Assembly (NCBI GenBank): GCA_017303575.1
Contig: JAFLCL010000003.1
Location: 9,093-73,092, forward strand
DNA length: 64,000 nt
Origin: Deltaproteobacteria bacterium
Lineage (GTDB): Bacteria > Myxococcota_A > Polyangia > Polyangiales > Sandaracinaceae
Direction of reading: 5' to 3'
How positions within the stretch are numbered: the stretch's first letter is position 1; every line of letters begins with the position of its first letter. This document shows, piece by piece, positions 39,479 to 48,392 of the stretch. The position numbers were made by a program, and so were the translations under genes. Below the pieces are notes generated by a model. That model was not told the DNA's origin, searched no databases, and saw only the letters and a program-made list of their open reading frames with translations.

Positions 39479-41617
39479 GTGGCTCTCCCCGAGGTCGTCG
39501 AACGCAAGCTGGACGCGCTGCCCGTGCAGCCCGGCGTCTACGTGTTCCTCGATCGCAAGGGGCACGTGCTCTACGTCGGCAAGGCCCGATCGCTGCGCTC
39601 GCGCGTGCGCAGCTACTTCCAAGAAGGCTCGAGCGACAACCGCTTCTTCATCCACCGCCTCCCGTACGAGATCGGCGATCTCCAGACCTTCGTCGTCGCG
39701 AACGAGAAGGAAGCGGCGCTGCTCGAGAACGCGCTCATCAAGGAGAAGCGGCCTCGCTACAACTTCAAGCTCCGCGACGACAAGGAGTTCCTCTCCATCC
39801 GCATCGACCTGCGGGACGCGTGGCCGAAGCTCACCGTGGTCCGCAAGCCCAAGCAGGATGGGGCGCAGTACTACGGGCCGTACGACTCGGCGACGGCGGC
39901 GCGCAAGACGCTCCGCCTCGTGAACCGTCACTTCAAGCTGCGCACGTGTCGCGACTCCGACTTCGCGCGTCGCATCCGTCCCTGCCTCCAGTACCAGATC
40001 CGTCGCTGCCCCGGCCCGTGCGTGATGGAGGTCGATCGCGACGCGTACCTCGCGCAGGCCTCGATGGTCGGCCTCTTCCTCGACGGGCGGCAGGAAGAGC
40101 TCACCGCCGATCTCGATCGACGCATGCGCGACGCCGCGAAGGAGCAGGCGTTCGAGCAGGCGGCCGTGTACCGCGATCAGCTCCGCGCGATCGATCGTGT
40201 GCAGACCGATCAGCGCATCGCGGTCGCGCGCGACGTCGATCAGGACGTGCTCGGGATGTTCGTGCACGGCGATCGCGCCGAGCTCGCGATGGTGATCGTG
40301 CGCGGCGGTCGCATGACGAACGTCCGCACGTTCTCGCTCGATGCGTACCTGCCCGACGAAGAGCTCGTGGCCTCGTTCGTCACCGCGTTCTATGCGCAAG
40401 GCAACGTGGTGCCCGACGAGATCCTCCTGCCGGTCGAGGTCGAGGCGATGGAGGGGCTGGCGCTCGCGCTCTCCGAAGAGCGTGGTCGACGCTGTCAGGT
40501 GCTCGTGCCGCAGCGCGGCGCCAAGAAGGACCTCGTGCGCATGGCGACGGAGAACGCCGAGCACGCGTACCGCGAGAAGGAGCGCGAGAAGGAGGACGTC
40601 GACGAGCGCCTCGCCGAGGTCGAGAAGAAGCTGCGCCTGCCTCGTCCGCCGCGCCGCATCGAGTGCGTCGACATCTCGCACCTCGGCGGCACCGACACCG
40701 TCGCGGCGTTCACCGCGATGACCGACGGTCAGCTCGATCGCGCGCGCTACCGATCGTTTCACCTACGCGGTCAGCACACGAACGAGCTCAAGGGTGGCGA
40801 CGACTTCGGCGCGATGCGCGAGGTGCTCACGCGTCGGCTCGCGCGCGCCGGCGAGCCCGACTGGCAGGTGCCCGATCTGCTCGTCGTGGACGGTGGCCGC
40901 GGTCAGCTCGGGATCGCGCTGGCCGTGATCGAAGAGCTCGCGCGCGCCACCGACGACGAGGCGCTCGCGGGTCAGCTGCGCGCGCTTCCGGTCGCGGGCC
41001 TCGCGAAGGAGAAGGAACAGACAGCGGGCAAGATGGTCACCGAGCGCGTGTTCCTGCCCGGTCAGAAGAACCCGATCGTCTTGCGCGAGCGCAGCGCGAC
41101 GCGTCACTTCCTCACGCAGGTCCGGGACGAGGCGCACCGCGTGTCGAACGCGCTGCGCGAGAAGGTCGGCAAGCGTCGTCGCTTGCGGAGCGGGATCGAC
41201 GACGTCCCGGGCGTGGGCGAGAAGACGCGCAAGGCCTTGCTCAAGTCGCTGGGATCGCTGCGCGCGATCCTCGCCGCCAGCGAGGCCGAGCTGATCGCGG
41301 CCGGCGCGAGCAGCACGCAGGCCGCCGCGATCCGTGCGCACTTCGATCCGGTCCGAAGCGCCGAGCCTACGACGACATCGGCCGAGTCCAGCGCAGGTGC
41401 GATCGACGCGAGCAAGGACGACACGCAAGGCGAGGTCGACGTGGAGGACGCAGCGGTCGAGGCAGCGTTCTTCGACGAGGTCGAGGTCGAGGTGGACGTG
41501 GACGAGCCCGCGATCGACACCACACCCGAGACACAACCTGACGTGCCGCTCGGGGACGCCAGCGCCTCGCCCGACGTGACCGTCAGCACCTCGCTGGCCG
41601 AGCCCATCGATCGTTGA
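39479..41617 (+). CDS. uvrC: excinuclease ABC subunit C
   Basis: GIY-YIG (GVYVFLDRKGHVLYVGKARSLRSRVRSYF), UvrB-binding region, C-terminal endonuclease and (HhH)2 (GVGEKTRKALLKSLGSL). About 95 aa of extra acidic tail. Confidence 0.95.
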   Translation: MALPEVVERKLDALPVQPGVYVFLDRKGHVLYVGKARSLRSRVRSYFQEGSSDNRFFIHRLPYEIGDLQTFVVANEKEAALLENALIKEKRPRYNFKLRDDKEFLSIRIDLRDAWPKLTVVRKPKQDGAQYYGPYDSATAARKTLRLVNRHFKLRTCRDSDFARRIRPCLQYQIRRCPGPCVMEVDRDAYLAQASMVGLFLDGRQEELTADLDRRMRDAAKEQAFEQAAVYRDQLRAIDRVQTDQRIAVARDVDQDVLGMFVHGDRAELAMVIVRGGRMTNVRTFSLDAYLPDEELVASFVTAFYAQGNVVPDEILLPVEVEAMEGLALALSEERGRRCQVLVPQRGAKKDLVRMATENAEHAYREKEREKEDVDERLAEVEKKLRLPRPPRRIECVDISHLGGTDTVAAFTAMTDGQLDRARYRSFHLRGQHTNELKGGDDFGAMREVLTRRLARAGEPDWQVPDLLVVDGGRGQLGIALAVIEELARATDDEALAGQLRALPVAGLAKEKEQTAGKMVTERVFLPGQKNPIVLRERSATRHFLTQVRDEAHRVSNALREKVGKRRRLRSGIDDVPGVGEKTRKALLKSLGSLRAILAASEAELIAAGASSTQAAAIRAHFDPVRSAEPTTTSAESSAGAIDASKDDTQGEVDVEDAAVEAAFFDEVEVEVDVDEPAIDTTPETQPDVPLGDASASPDVTVSTSLAEPIDR

Positions 41618-41672
41618 TCGGGGCGTCGTGTAGGCTCTCGCTCGCGCCTAGGTGCGCAGGGAGAGCGGGTCC

Positions 41673-42128
41673 GTGGCGACGCAGGTCGAGTACGACACGA
41701 CGCATTGGCCGCTGGCGGTGTTGGTGCTGCCGGCCGACGTCTCGGACATGGACCTCCCGCGCCTCGCGCGCTCGCTCGACGCCATCTACGCGCGGCGCGT
41801 GCGCTTCGTGTCCATCACCGACGCGACCGCCGTGTCCAAGCTGCCCGACGCGAAGGCGCGGGGCGAGATCGGGGCGTGGACCAAGAGCATCGAGGCGCAG
41901 AGCAAGCGCTACCTGGTGGCCAACGCGCTCGTGGTGCCAGGCGCGGTCGCACGCGGCGTGCTCACCGCGATCCAGTGGATCGCCCCGCCCGTCGTGCCGA
42001 CGACGGTGTGCGCCACGGTTCACGAGGGCGCCGCGTACGTCATCGAGCACGCGCGCGCGTCGGCGATCGAGGTCGGGGGCGTGGAGCGGTTCCTCGCGTC
42101 GCAGCGGCCACGCGCGCGCTCCGCGTGA
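41673..42128 (+). CDS. hypothetical protein, paralog A1
   Basis: GTG 41673 preceded by GGGAGAG. About 60% identical by eye to the 42614-43054 product over the first 110 aa or so. Confidence 0.65.
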   Translation: MATQVEYDTTHWPLAVLVLPADVSDMDLPRLARSLDAIYARRVRFVSITDATAVSKLPDAKARGEIGAWTKSIEAQSKRYLVANALVVPGAVARGVLTAIQWIAPPVVPTTVCATVHEGAAYVIEHARASAIEVGGVERFLASQRPRARSA

Positions 42129-42563
42129 TCAGCGCTTCAGCGTCTCGAGGACGAACGGTGCCCACGTCGGGCTCGCCGCCCAGAGCGTGTAGGTCTCTCC
42201 GCTCGCGACCGTGAATCGCACGCCCTTCCACCCGCCGTTCTGCGCGAGCTCCATGCTCGTGACCGTGTGCGGCGTGGCCTGCAGCGCGAGCAGCAGCGGG
42301 TGGGTGCGCAGCGCACGGACGCCCAGCGCGCCGTAGATCGCGCCGCCGAAGAGGATCGGAAGGAGCAGGCCGAGGACCGCCAGCGGGACGCCGAGGTCGT
42401 CGAGCGTCGCAGACCCCGACACGTAGATCGCGCCCATCATGCCCACGAGCCCGAGCACCAGCACGAGCCCGATGCCGGAGAGGATCGTCACCCGCCACAT
42501 CCGAACGGTGCCGAGCTCTTCACCGACCCACGCGAATACGCGCTCGCGATCCGATGCTGCCAT
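42129..42563 (-). CDS. small membrane protein (2 TM) between the two paralogs
   Basis: ATG 42563. TM helices VTILSGIGLVLVLGLVGMMGAIYV and LAVLGLLLPILFGGAIYGAL. Its stop abuts the A1 stop (TGATCA). Confidence 0.6.
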   Translation of the reverse strand: MAASDRERVFAWVGEELGTVRMWRVTILSGIGLVLVLGLVGMMGAIYVSGSATLDDLGVPLAVLGLLLPILFGGAIYGALGVRALRTHPLLLALQATPHTVTSMELAQNGGWKGVRFTVASGETYTLWAASPTWAPFVLETLKR

Positions 42564-42613
42564 CGCACTTTCCTCCTGAGGGTCTCCGATGCTACACGCC
42601 GCGCGAGGGAAAG

Positions 42614-43054
42614 ATGGCGACCGCCGAATACGACACGACGTACTGGCCTCTCGCGGTGTTGGTGCTGCCGGCCGACGTGACGTCGCTCGACATCGAGCCG
42701 CTCGATCGGTCGCTCCAAGCGATCTTCGCGCGCAAGCAGCGCTTCCTGTCGCTCACCGACGCCTCGGCGGTCGCGAGCCTCCCCGACGCGAAGGGACGAA
42801 ACGCGATCGCCACGTGGACCAAGTCCATCGAGTCGATGACGCAGAAGCACGTCGTCGCGAACGCGCTCGTGATCAAGAGCCCCATCGCGCGCGGTGTGCT
42901 CACCGCGATCCAGTGGGTCGCGCCGCCGGTGGTCCCCACCATCGCGGCGTCGAGCGCCGAGGAGGCGTGTCGCTTCCTCGGTGACATCGCGTCGGGCTCG
43001 GGCCTCGACCTCGCCGCGCTCGATCGCTACCTCGCGACCAAGCGCCGTCGCTGA
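42614..43054 (+). CDS. hypothetical protein, paralog A2
   Basis: ATG 42614 preceded by GAGGGAAAG. Shares EYDTT-WPLAVLVLPADV, LPDAK, WTKSIE, VANALV and ARGVLTAIQW-APPVVPT blocks with A1. Confidence 0.65.
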   Translation: MATAEYDTTYWPLAVLVLPADVTSLDIEPLDRSLQAIFARKQRFLSLTDASAVASLPDAKGRNAIATWTKSIESMTQKHVVANALVIKSPIARGVLTAIQWVAPPVVPTIAASSAEEACRFLGDIASGSGLDLAALDRYLATKRRR

Positions 43055-43082
43055 TCAGATCACGCCTTCGGCGCGAGCTCCT

Positions 43083-44474
43083 TCACTTCCTCAGCTCGGA
43101 CACCTCGGCGAGCTCTGCATAGAGGTGCACGTTCGCGAGGATCGCCTTCTCGAACACGCCGAGGTGCATCGACTCGTTGGGTCCGTGCGCCCCGGTCTCG
43201 GGATCCATGACGCCGTTCAAGATCAGCGGCAGGTCCCCGAAGCGACGACCGAAGAGCGCGACGAACGGGATCGTGCCGCCCACGCCGATCTGCAAGAGGC
43301 CGCGCCCCCACGCGCGCGTGTACGCACGATCGGCCGCCTCGAACGCAGGACCCTTGGGCGTGTAGAGCCACGAGTGGCCTGGCTTGCCTCGTCGCGTGAT
43401 CGTGAGCTTCACGCCCCCGGCCGGATTCTCGAGCGCCTTCTCGACGAGCGCGAAGAGCTCGTCGCCCGTCTGGCCCGGCGCGACGCGGAACGAGAGCACC
43501 GCGCTGGCCTTGGTGCGGATCGCGTTCTTCTCGTTGCCCGGCTGCGGCAGCGATGTGGAGAGCACCGTCACCGCGGGCTGACGCCAGATCCACTCGGCGG
43601 GCGGCTTTCCGCGATCCGGGAGGCGGTTCACTCCGTCGACGAGCCGACCTGCGCTGCGGATCACGTCGTCGGTCAGGGGCACGTTGTACGCGTCGTCGCT
43701 CCACGCCTTCGGCACGTCCTGACGACCGAGCTTCAGGCGCCCGTCGTCGTCGACGAGACGCGACACGAGCATCATCAGCGCGATCGAAGGGTCGGGCAGC
43801 AGGTTGCCCCAGAGCCCGCTGTGCACGTCGCTCTTGAGCGACTCGCACGTGAGCTCCACCTCGAGCAGGCCGCGCAAGGACACGGTCAGGCCGGGCAGGG
43901 TGGGCGACGGATTCTCGCAGTCCGTCAGCACCATCACGTCGGACGCGAACGCCTCGGGGAACGCGTCCATGAAGCGCTCGAGGTTCGGCGAGCCGATCTC
44001 CTCTTCGCCCTCGATGAAGAGGCGCACGTTGCAGGGCAGCTCGCCCGCCACGTCGAGCCACGCCTGGATCGCGGCGAGGTGACTGACCCAGCCGCCCATG
44101 TCGTCGGCCGCGCCGCGCGCGTAGATGCGCTCGCCCTTGGTCACGAGCGTGTGCGGGTCGGTGTCCCACGGCTCGTTCTTCACGGGCTGGAGATCGAGGT
44201 GGCCGTAGATCAGAACCGTCGGCTTGCCGGGCGCCTTCATCCACTCGGCGGCGACCGAGGGCAGCGCGTCCGGCAGATCGAGCACCCGCGAGTTGGCGAA
44301 GCCCAGCGCATCGAGGTCCTTCGCGATGCGGGCCGCGAGCGCGCGCACGTCCTTGCTGTGCGTCGGATCCGACGAGATGGCCGGGTGGCTCAGGTACTCG
44401 CCGAGGCGAGCGAGGGTGGTCTCGAGCTGCGCCTTGGCGCGAGCGGCGACGGCGTCGGTCTGGGCGTGGGGCAT
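43083..44474 (-). CDS. M20-family metallopeptidase (dipeptidase/deacylase-like)
   Basis: VLIYGHLDLQPV and RGAADDMGG metal-ligand motifs. Dimerisation-domain insert. C-terminal GPNESMH. Confidence 0.9.
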   Translation of the reverse strand: MPHAQTDAVAARAKAQLETTLARLGEYLSHPAISSDPTHSKDVRALAARIAKDLDALGFANSRVLDLPDALPSVAAEWMKAPGKPTVLIYGHLDLQPVKNEPWDTDPHTLVTKGERIYARGAADDMGGWVSHLAAIQAWLDVAGELPCNVRLFIEGEEEIGSPNLERFMDAFPEAFASDVMVLTDCENPSPTLPGLTVSLRGLLEVELTCESLKSDVHSGLWGNLLPDPSIALMMLVSRLVDDDGRLKLGRQDVPKAWSDDAYNVPLTDDVIRSAGRLVDGVNRLPDRGKPPAEWIWRQPAVTVLSTSLPQPGNEKNAIRTKASAVLSFRVAPGQTGDELFALVEKALENPAGGVKLTITRRGKPGHSWLYTPKGPAFEAADRAYTRAWGRGLLQIGVGGTIPFVALFGRRFGDLPLILNGVMDPETGAHGPNESMHLGVFEKAILANVHLYAELAEVSELRK

Positions 44475-44554
44475 GGGCGCCGGGTTAGTGCGCGCCCATG
44501 GGTCTCGTCAACGCCCGGCTTCCCCGCGCGCTGCGAGATCGCGACACTACCCAC

Positions 44555-45001
44555 ATGACGCAGCCCGCCCTCTGCCAGCTCCTCTACGTGAGCCGCGCGA
44601 CCGAGAAGATGTCGATGCGCGACGCGATGTCGATCGTGGACGCGGCCAGCGTGAACAACGCGAAGATCGGCGTGACCGGCCTGCTCTGCTATGGCGGCGG
44701 CCACTTCCTCCAGGTGCTCGAGGGCGATGGTGACGTCGTCAGTCGGACGTTCTGCCGCATCACGCGCGACGATCGACACGCAGACGTGCGCCTGATCGAC
44801 TTCTCGGTGATTCAGGCGCGGCGCTTCGAGGACTGGTCGATGCGTCTCATCAACCTGGACGATCCCGCCCACCCCGAAGCGAGCCGACGCCCGGAGCGCT
44901 TCCGCTTCGACGGAACGCACCCGTTCTTCAGCACCGATCCGCAGGTCGCCTTCTGGATGCTCTTCGAGCAGAAGCAGCAGGCGCTCGCCCACCGCGGGTG
45001 A
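44555..45001 (+). CDS. short BLUF-domain blue-light FAD photoreceptor
   Basis: LLYVS (Tyr), SVNNAKIGVTGLL (Asn), FLQVLEG (Gln), RFEDWSM (Trp/Met). Full BLUF signature in a 148-aa protein. Confidence 0.8.
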   Translation: MTQPALCQLLYVSRATEKMSMRDAMSIVDAASVNNAKIGVTGLLCYGGGHFLQVLEGDGDVVSRTFCRITRDDRHADVRLIDFSVIQARRFEDWSMRLINLDDPAHPEASRRPERFRFDGTHPFFSTDPQVAFWMLFEQKQQALAHRG

Positions 45002-45216
45002 CGCCGGCACCACCGAGCGTGCCGGCCAGGTGAGGGGCCGCGTCGCTGGAACGCCCGGTTTCGAGGGCGATCCGGAAGAAAACGACGCTTGTTGAAAAAA
45101 AGTTCGGCGGACGGTGACCGATCCGTACGAGGGCTGCGCACTAGAGGGGCGAGCAGTCCGGAAGCTCTCGTCACGAGAAGGCCGGGCTCCCCCTCCACCC
45201 GAAACGAAAGCCCTCC

Positions 45217-46425
45217 ATGCGAACGCACTCGAACCGTGTGCGGAGCGCGGCGTCGTCCTACGCCCGTTCCACGTCCTCTCTCGTGGCCGCCTCGCTGCTC
45301 GCGCTCGCGGGATGCACCTCCGGGGAGCTCAGTCCGCGCGAGTCGCTCCCGCCGGAAGACGTGGCGCACTCCACGCTCGTCGGCGGCTCCTACACCTACG
45401 AGCGACCGGAGGTCGGCTCGATCTCGATCGGCGGCGGTGGCTGCACGGCCACGCTGGTCGGTCCGCGTGTCGTCGTCACCGCCGCGCACTGCATCGACTA
45501 CACGTCGCGCGAGACGGTCGGCAACTACGGCACCTTCGAGATCCGTCGGGCGTCCGGTGATCGACAGGTCTACCGCGTGCAGCGCATGGCGGCGTTCATG
45601 GGGCCCTCCGAGGTCATCGGGCCGGACGATGTCGCGCTCCTCCAGCTCGCGACTGCGGTGCCCGCAGACGTCGCGACGCCGGGTGGTCTCGTCACGAGCG
45701 AGCCCGCGCGTGGAACGCCAGTGACGATCTACGGCTACGGCTGTCAGCGCCGCGGCGGTGGCGGCTCGTTCTCGAAGCAGAAGATCACGTACCGCTGGGG
45801 AGACACCACCGCGACGCTCTGCCCCGGCGACTCCGGCGGTCCGACGATGGCGGCCGACGGACTCGTGATCGCCATCAACAGCGGCTACTACGGCGGCTCG
45901 AGCGGCCCCGACGAGTTCGGTCGCGTCTACCGCGTGCGCGCGCGCATCGACACGGTGCTCGCGCGCTGGGGCGAGACGCTCGGCACGGGCTCGACGCCGC
46001 CGCCCGTCGTGGACGCTGGTCCTCGTGACGCCGGCATGTTCAGCACGCCCGACGCGTACACGCCTCCGCCGCCTCCGCCGCCTCCGCCGGGCTCGGGACC
46101 GTGCGAGCGCTCGACCTGCGCAGAGGCCACCGAGATCGTCGGCTGCGGCTGGTGCGACGCGACGGGCCGCGGCATCCGCATCGGCGCGATGGGTGAAGCG
46201 CTCGAGCCGTGCGCGTCGGGCTTCCGCGTCGATCCGAGCGACTGCGGTGCGACCGAGCGCAGCACGTGTGGTCCGTGGAGCGGCATCGCGGACTACACGT
46301 GTCGTCGAGGTCGCACGCAGTTCGTGCGCTGCACCGACGGCAACGTGCCCGAGTTCCTCACGTGCCCCGCCGGCTACCTCTGCAACGCCGGGAGCACCGA
46401 GCGCCTCTGCTACCGAAGTCGGTGA
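45217..46425 (+). CDS. trypsin-like (S1) serine protease lipoprotein with Pro-rich linker and Cys-rich C-terminal domain
   Basis: Lipobox LALAGC. Catalytic triad contexts TAAHC, DDVALL and GDSGGP. PPPPPPPPP linker. 12 Cys in the tail. Confidence 0.85.
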   Translation: MRTHSNRVRSAASSYARSTSSLVAASLLALAGCTSGELSPRESLPPEDVAHSTLVGGSYTYERPEVGSISIGGGGCTATLVGPRVVVTAAHCIDYTSRETVGNYGTFEIRRASGDRQVYRVQRMAAFMGPSEVIGPDDVALLQLATAVPADVATPGGLVTSEPARGTPVTIYGYGCQRRGGGGSFSKQKITYRWGDTTATLCPGDSGGPTMAADGLVIAINSGYYGGSSGPDEFGRVYRVRARIDTVLARWGETLGTGSTPPPVVDAGPRDAGMFSTPDAYTPPPPPPPPPGSGPCERSTCAEATEIVGCGWCDATGRGIRIGAMGEALEPCASGFRVDPSDCGATERSTCGPWSGIADYTCRRGRTQFVRCTDGNVPEFLTCPAGYLCNAGSTERLCYRSR

Positions 46426-46517
46426 GCCGACACGACGAGGGCCTTCGCGAGAGGGCCCTCGTCTCGTCTCGTTCATCGCGTCGTCGTCTGCGTCTCTCGT
46501 CGTGGAAGGAGCCCGTG

Positions 46518-47561
46518 ATGCACTCGCACTCCGTTCGTCCGATCGCTCGATTCGGCTCGCTGTGTCTGCTCGCCCTCGCTGCCTGTGGGCCCTCCGAGCT
46601 CCGACCGCGCACCATCGCGCCGTACGCAGAAGAAGAGTCCGCGCTCGTTCGCGGCACCTACACGTACGAGCGACCCGAGGTGGGATCGATCTCGATGGAC
46701 GGCGGCGCGTGCACCGCGACGCTCGTCGGACCGCAGCTCGTGGTCACCGCGGCGCACTGCGTCGAGTACAGATCGCGCGACACGGTGGGGTACTGGGGCG
46801 AGTTCGAGATCCGCACCGGGCCGAGCACGGCCGAGACCTTCACGATCACCCGCATCGCGTCGTACATGGACGATCCCTCCGAGGTGATCGGGCCCGACGA
46901 CGTCGCGCTGCTCGAGCTCGGCGAGCCGGTGCCTGCCTCGCTCGCGACGCCCGCACCGATCACACGCAGCGCGCCCGCGAGCGGGATGGGCGCGACGATC
47001 TACGGCTACGGCTGTCAGGCGCGCGGCGGCGGCGGCCGCTTCGCGAAGCAGAAGCTCGACATGACGTGGGGCGAAGAGACCGCGAACCTCTGCCCCGGTG
47101 ACTCGGGCGGCCCGACGATCCTCGACGACGGCTCGGTCGCGCGCACCAACAGCGGCTACTACGGCGGCGCGAGCGGCCCCGACGACTTCGGCCTCGTCTA
47201 CCGACATGCGAGCGACCTCGAAGCGACCGCCGCGCGATGGGGCCGCACGCTCGCGATCAGCGGATCAGCTCCGAGCGATCCGCCGCCCGAAGAGCCACCG
47301 CCGTCGATGGATCCGCCGGCTGAAGACCCGCCCGCCGAAGAGCCCGCGCCCGGGGATCCGTGGAGCGATCCGCCGGCCGACGATCCGCCGAGCGATGGCG
47401 GAGGCGAGTGCGGCACGCTCGACGGAGCCATCTGTCTGCCCGGCGGCATCATCCAGCTCTGCACCGACGACGGTCACCTCGAGCTCTACTTCTGCCCGGA
47501 CGGAAGCGGCTGCACGCCCGGCGCCGACGACTTCGCCTGCGAGTGGATCTTCGGCTGGTGA
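46518..47561 (+). CDS. trypsin-like (S1) serine protease lipoprotein, tandem paralog
   Basis: ATG 46518 preceded by GGAAGGAG. Lipobox LALAAC. TAAHC, DDVALL and GDSGGP. Different, shorter tail (DPP-rich, 6 Cys). Confidence 0.85.
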   Translation: MHSHSVRPIARFGSLCLLALAACGPSELRPRTIAPYAEEESALVRGTYTYERPEVGSISMDGGACTATLVGPQLVVTAAHCVEYRSRDTVGYWGEFEIRTGPSTAETFTITRIASYMDDPSEVIGPDDVALLELGEPVPASLATPAPITRSAPASGMGATIYGYGCQARGGGGRFAKQKLDMTWGEETANLCPGDSGGPTILDDGSVARTNSGYYGGASGPDDFGLVYRHASDLEATAARWGRTLAISGSAPSDPPPEEPPPSMDPPAEDPPAEEPAPGDPWSDPPADDPPSDGGGECGTLDGAICLPGGIIQLCTDDGHLELYFCPDGSGCTPGADDFACEWIFGW

Positions 47562-47562
47562 C

Positions 47563-48351
47563 TCAGCCCTTGGGCTGACGGCTCCAGCGGGTCGCCTCGC
47601 CCTGGGGCTTGCTCGCCACCGCGCAGACGTCGAGCGCCGCGCGTGGATCACAGCCGCACAGGCCGGAGGCCCAGCACGGGTTGGCCTCGACGACGATCCA
47701 GCCGCGATCGTCGGTGCGGCCCACGTCGATCACCAGCGCCTCCGGAAGATCGACGTTCTCGTCGCCGAGCAGCTTGTTGGCGAAGCGCATCGCTTCTTTC
47801 GCCTCGACGTCCGAGAGCGGCCACTCGCCCGCTTCGTTCTTCGCGATGGTGCCGCCGCGCAGGTACGCGGAGTAGGTGTGCACGCGTCGGTTCGCGACGA
47901 AGAGCCGCACCTCGAGATCGAACGTGACGACGTCCGAGACGTGTACGGCCTCGCTGTCGTCGAGCTCCAGATCGGGATCGATCATCGCGCCCTCTTCGTA
48001 CACGCGCGACTTGAAGATCTTCTCGTCGACCGGCTTGGCGAAGAGGGAGTGACGGATCGCGCGTGCCTTGCCGAGGGTCGTGAGCTTCACCTCGCGCTTG
48101 CGGTACGCCTCGGGCAGCGAGGGCAGCCACGTGCCGCTCGGCTCGACCACCACGAGACCGAGCGGCTCGGCGAGCGCGTCTGCGAGCAGCGTCTCGCCGT
48201 AGAGCACGGGCCCCTTCTTCGCGACGGCTGCGTCGATCGCGTCCTGCCGGTAGCTCCGCACACGCACCACGTCCCAGCCACGCTCCGTCGCCGCACGCCA
48301 CATGGCGTTCGAGTCGTCGGTGTACCGAGGCGAGAGCACCAGGGTGCGCAT
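47563..48351 (-). CDS. ATP-grasp domain protein (DUF4343/R2K-like)
   Basis: 262 aa. FAKPVDEKIFKSRVY and WIVVEANPCWASGLCGCDP match my recollection of the DUF4343 ATP-grasp family. Confidence 0.65.
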   Translation of the reverse strand: MRTLVLSPRYTDDSNAMWRAATERGWDVVRVRSYRQDAIDAAVAKKGPVLYGETLLADALAEPLGLVVVEPSGTWLPSLPEAYRKREVKLTTLGKARAIRHSLFAKPVDEKIFKSRVYEEGAMIDPDLELDDSEAVHVSDVVTFDLEVRLFVANRRVHTYSAYLRGGTIAKNEAGEWPLSDVEAKEAMRFANKLLGDENVDLPEALVIDVGRTDDRGWIVVEANPCWASGLCGCDPRAALDVCAVASKPQGEATRWSRQPKG

Positions 48352-48392
48352 CGAAGGACTCTTACGTCACGCGTGAGGAAAAGAGTAGCGAG

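Noticed and set aside
36859-41541. 1560-aa plus-strand ORF
   Set aside because: It is antisense to the FG-GAP gene and out of frame with uvrC. The product is Arg-rich junk (RRRRG runs). Real genes with strong motifs occupy the same DNA.
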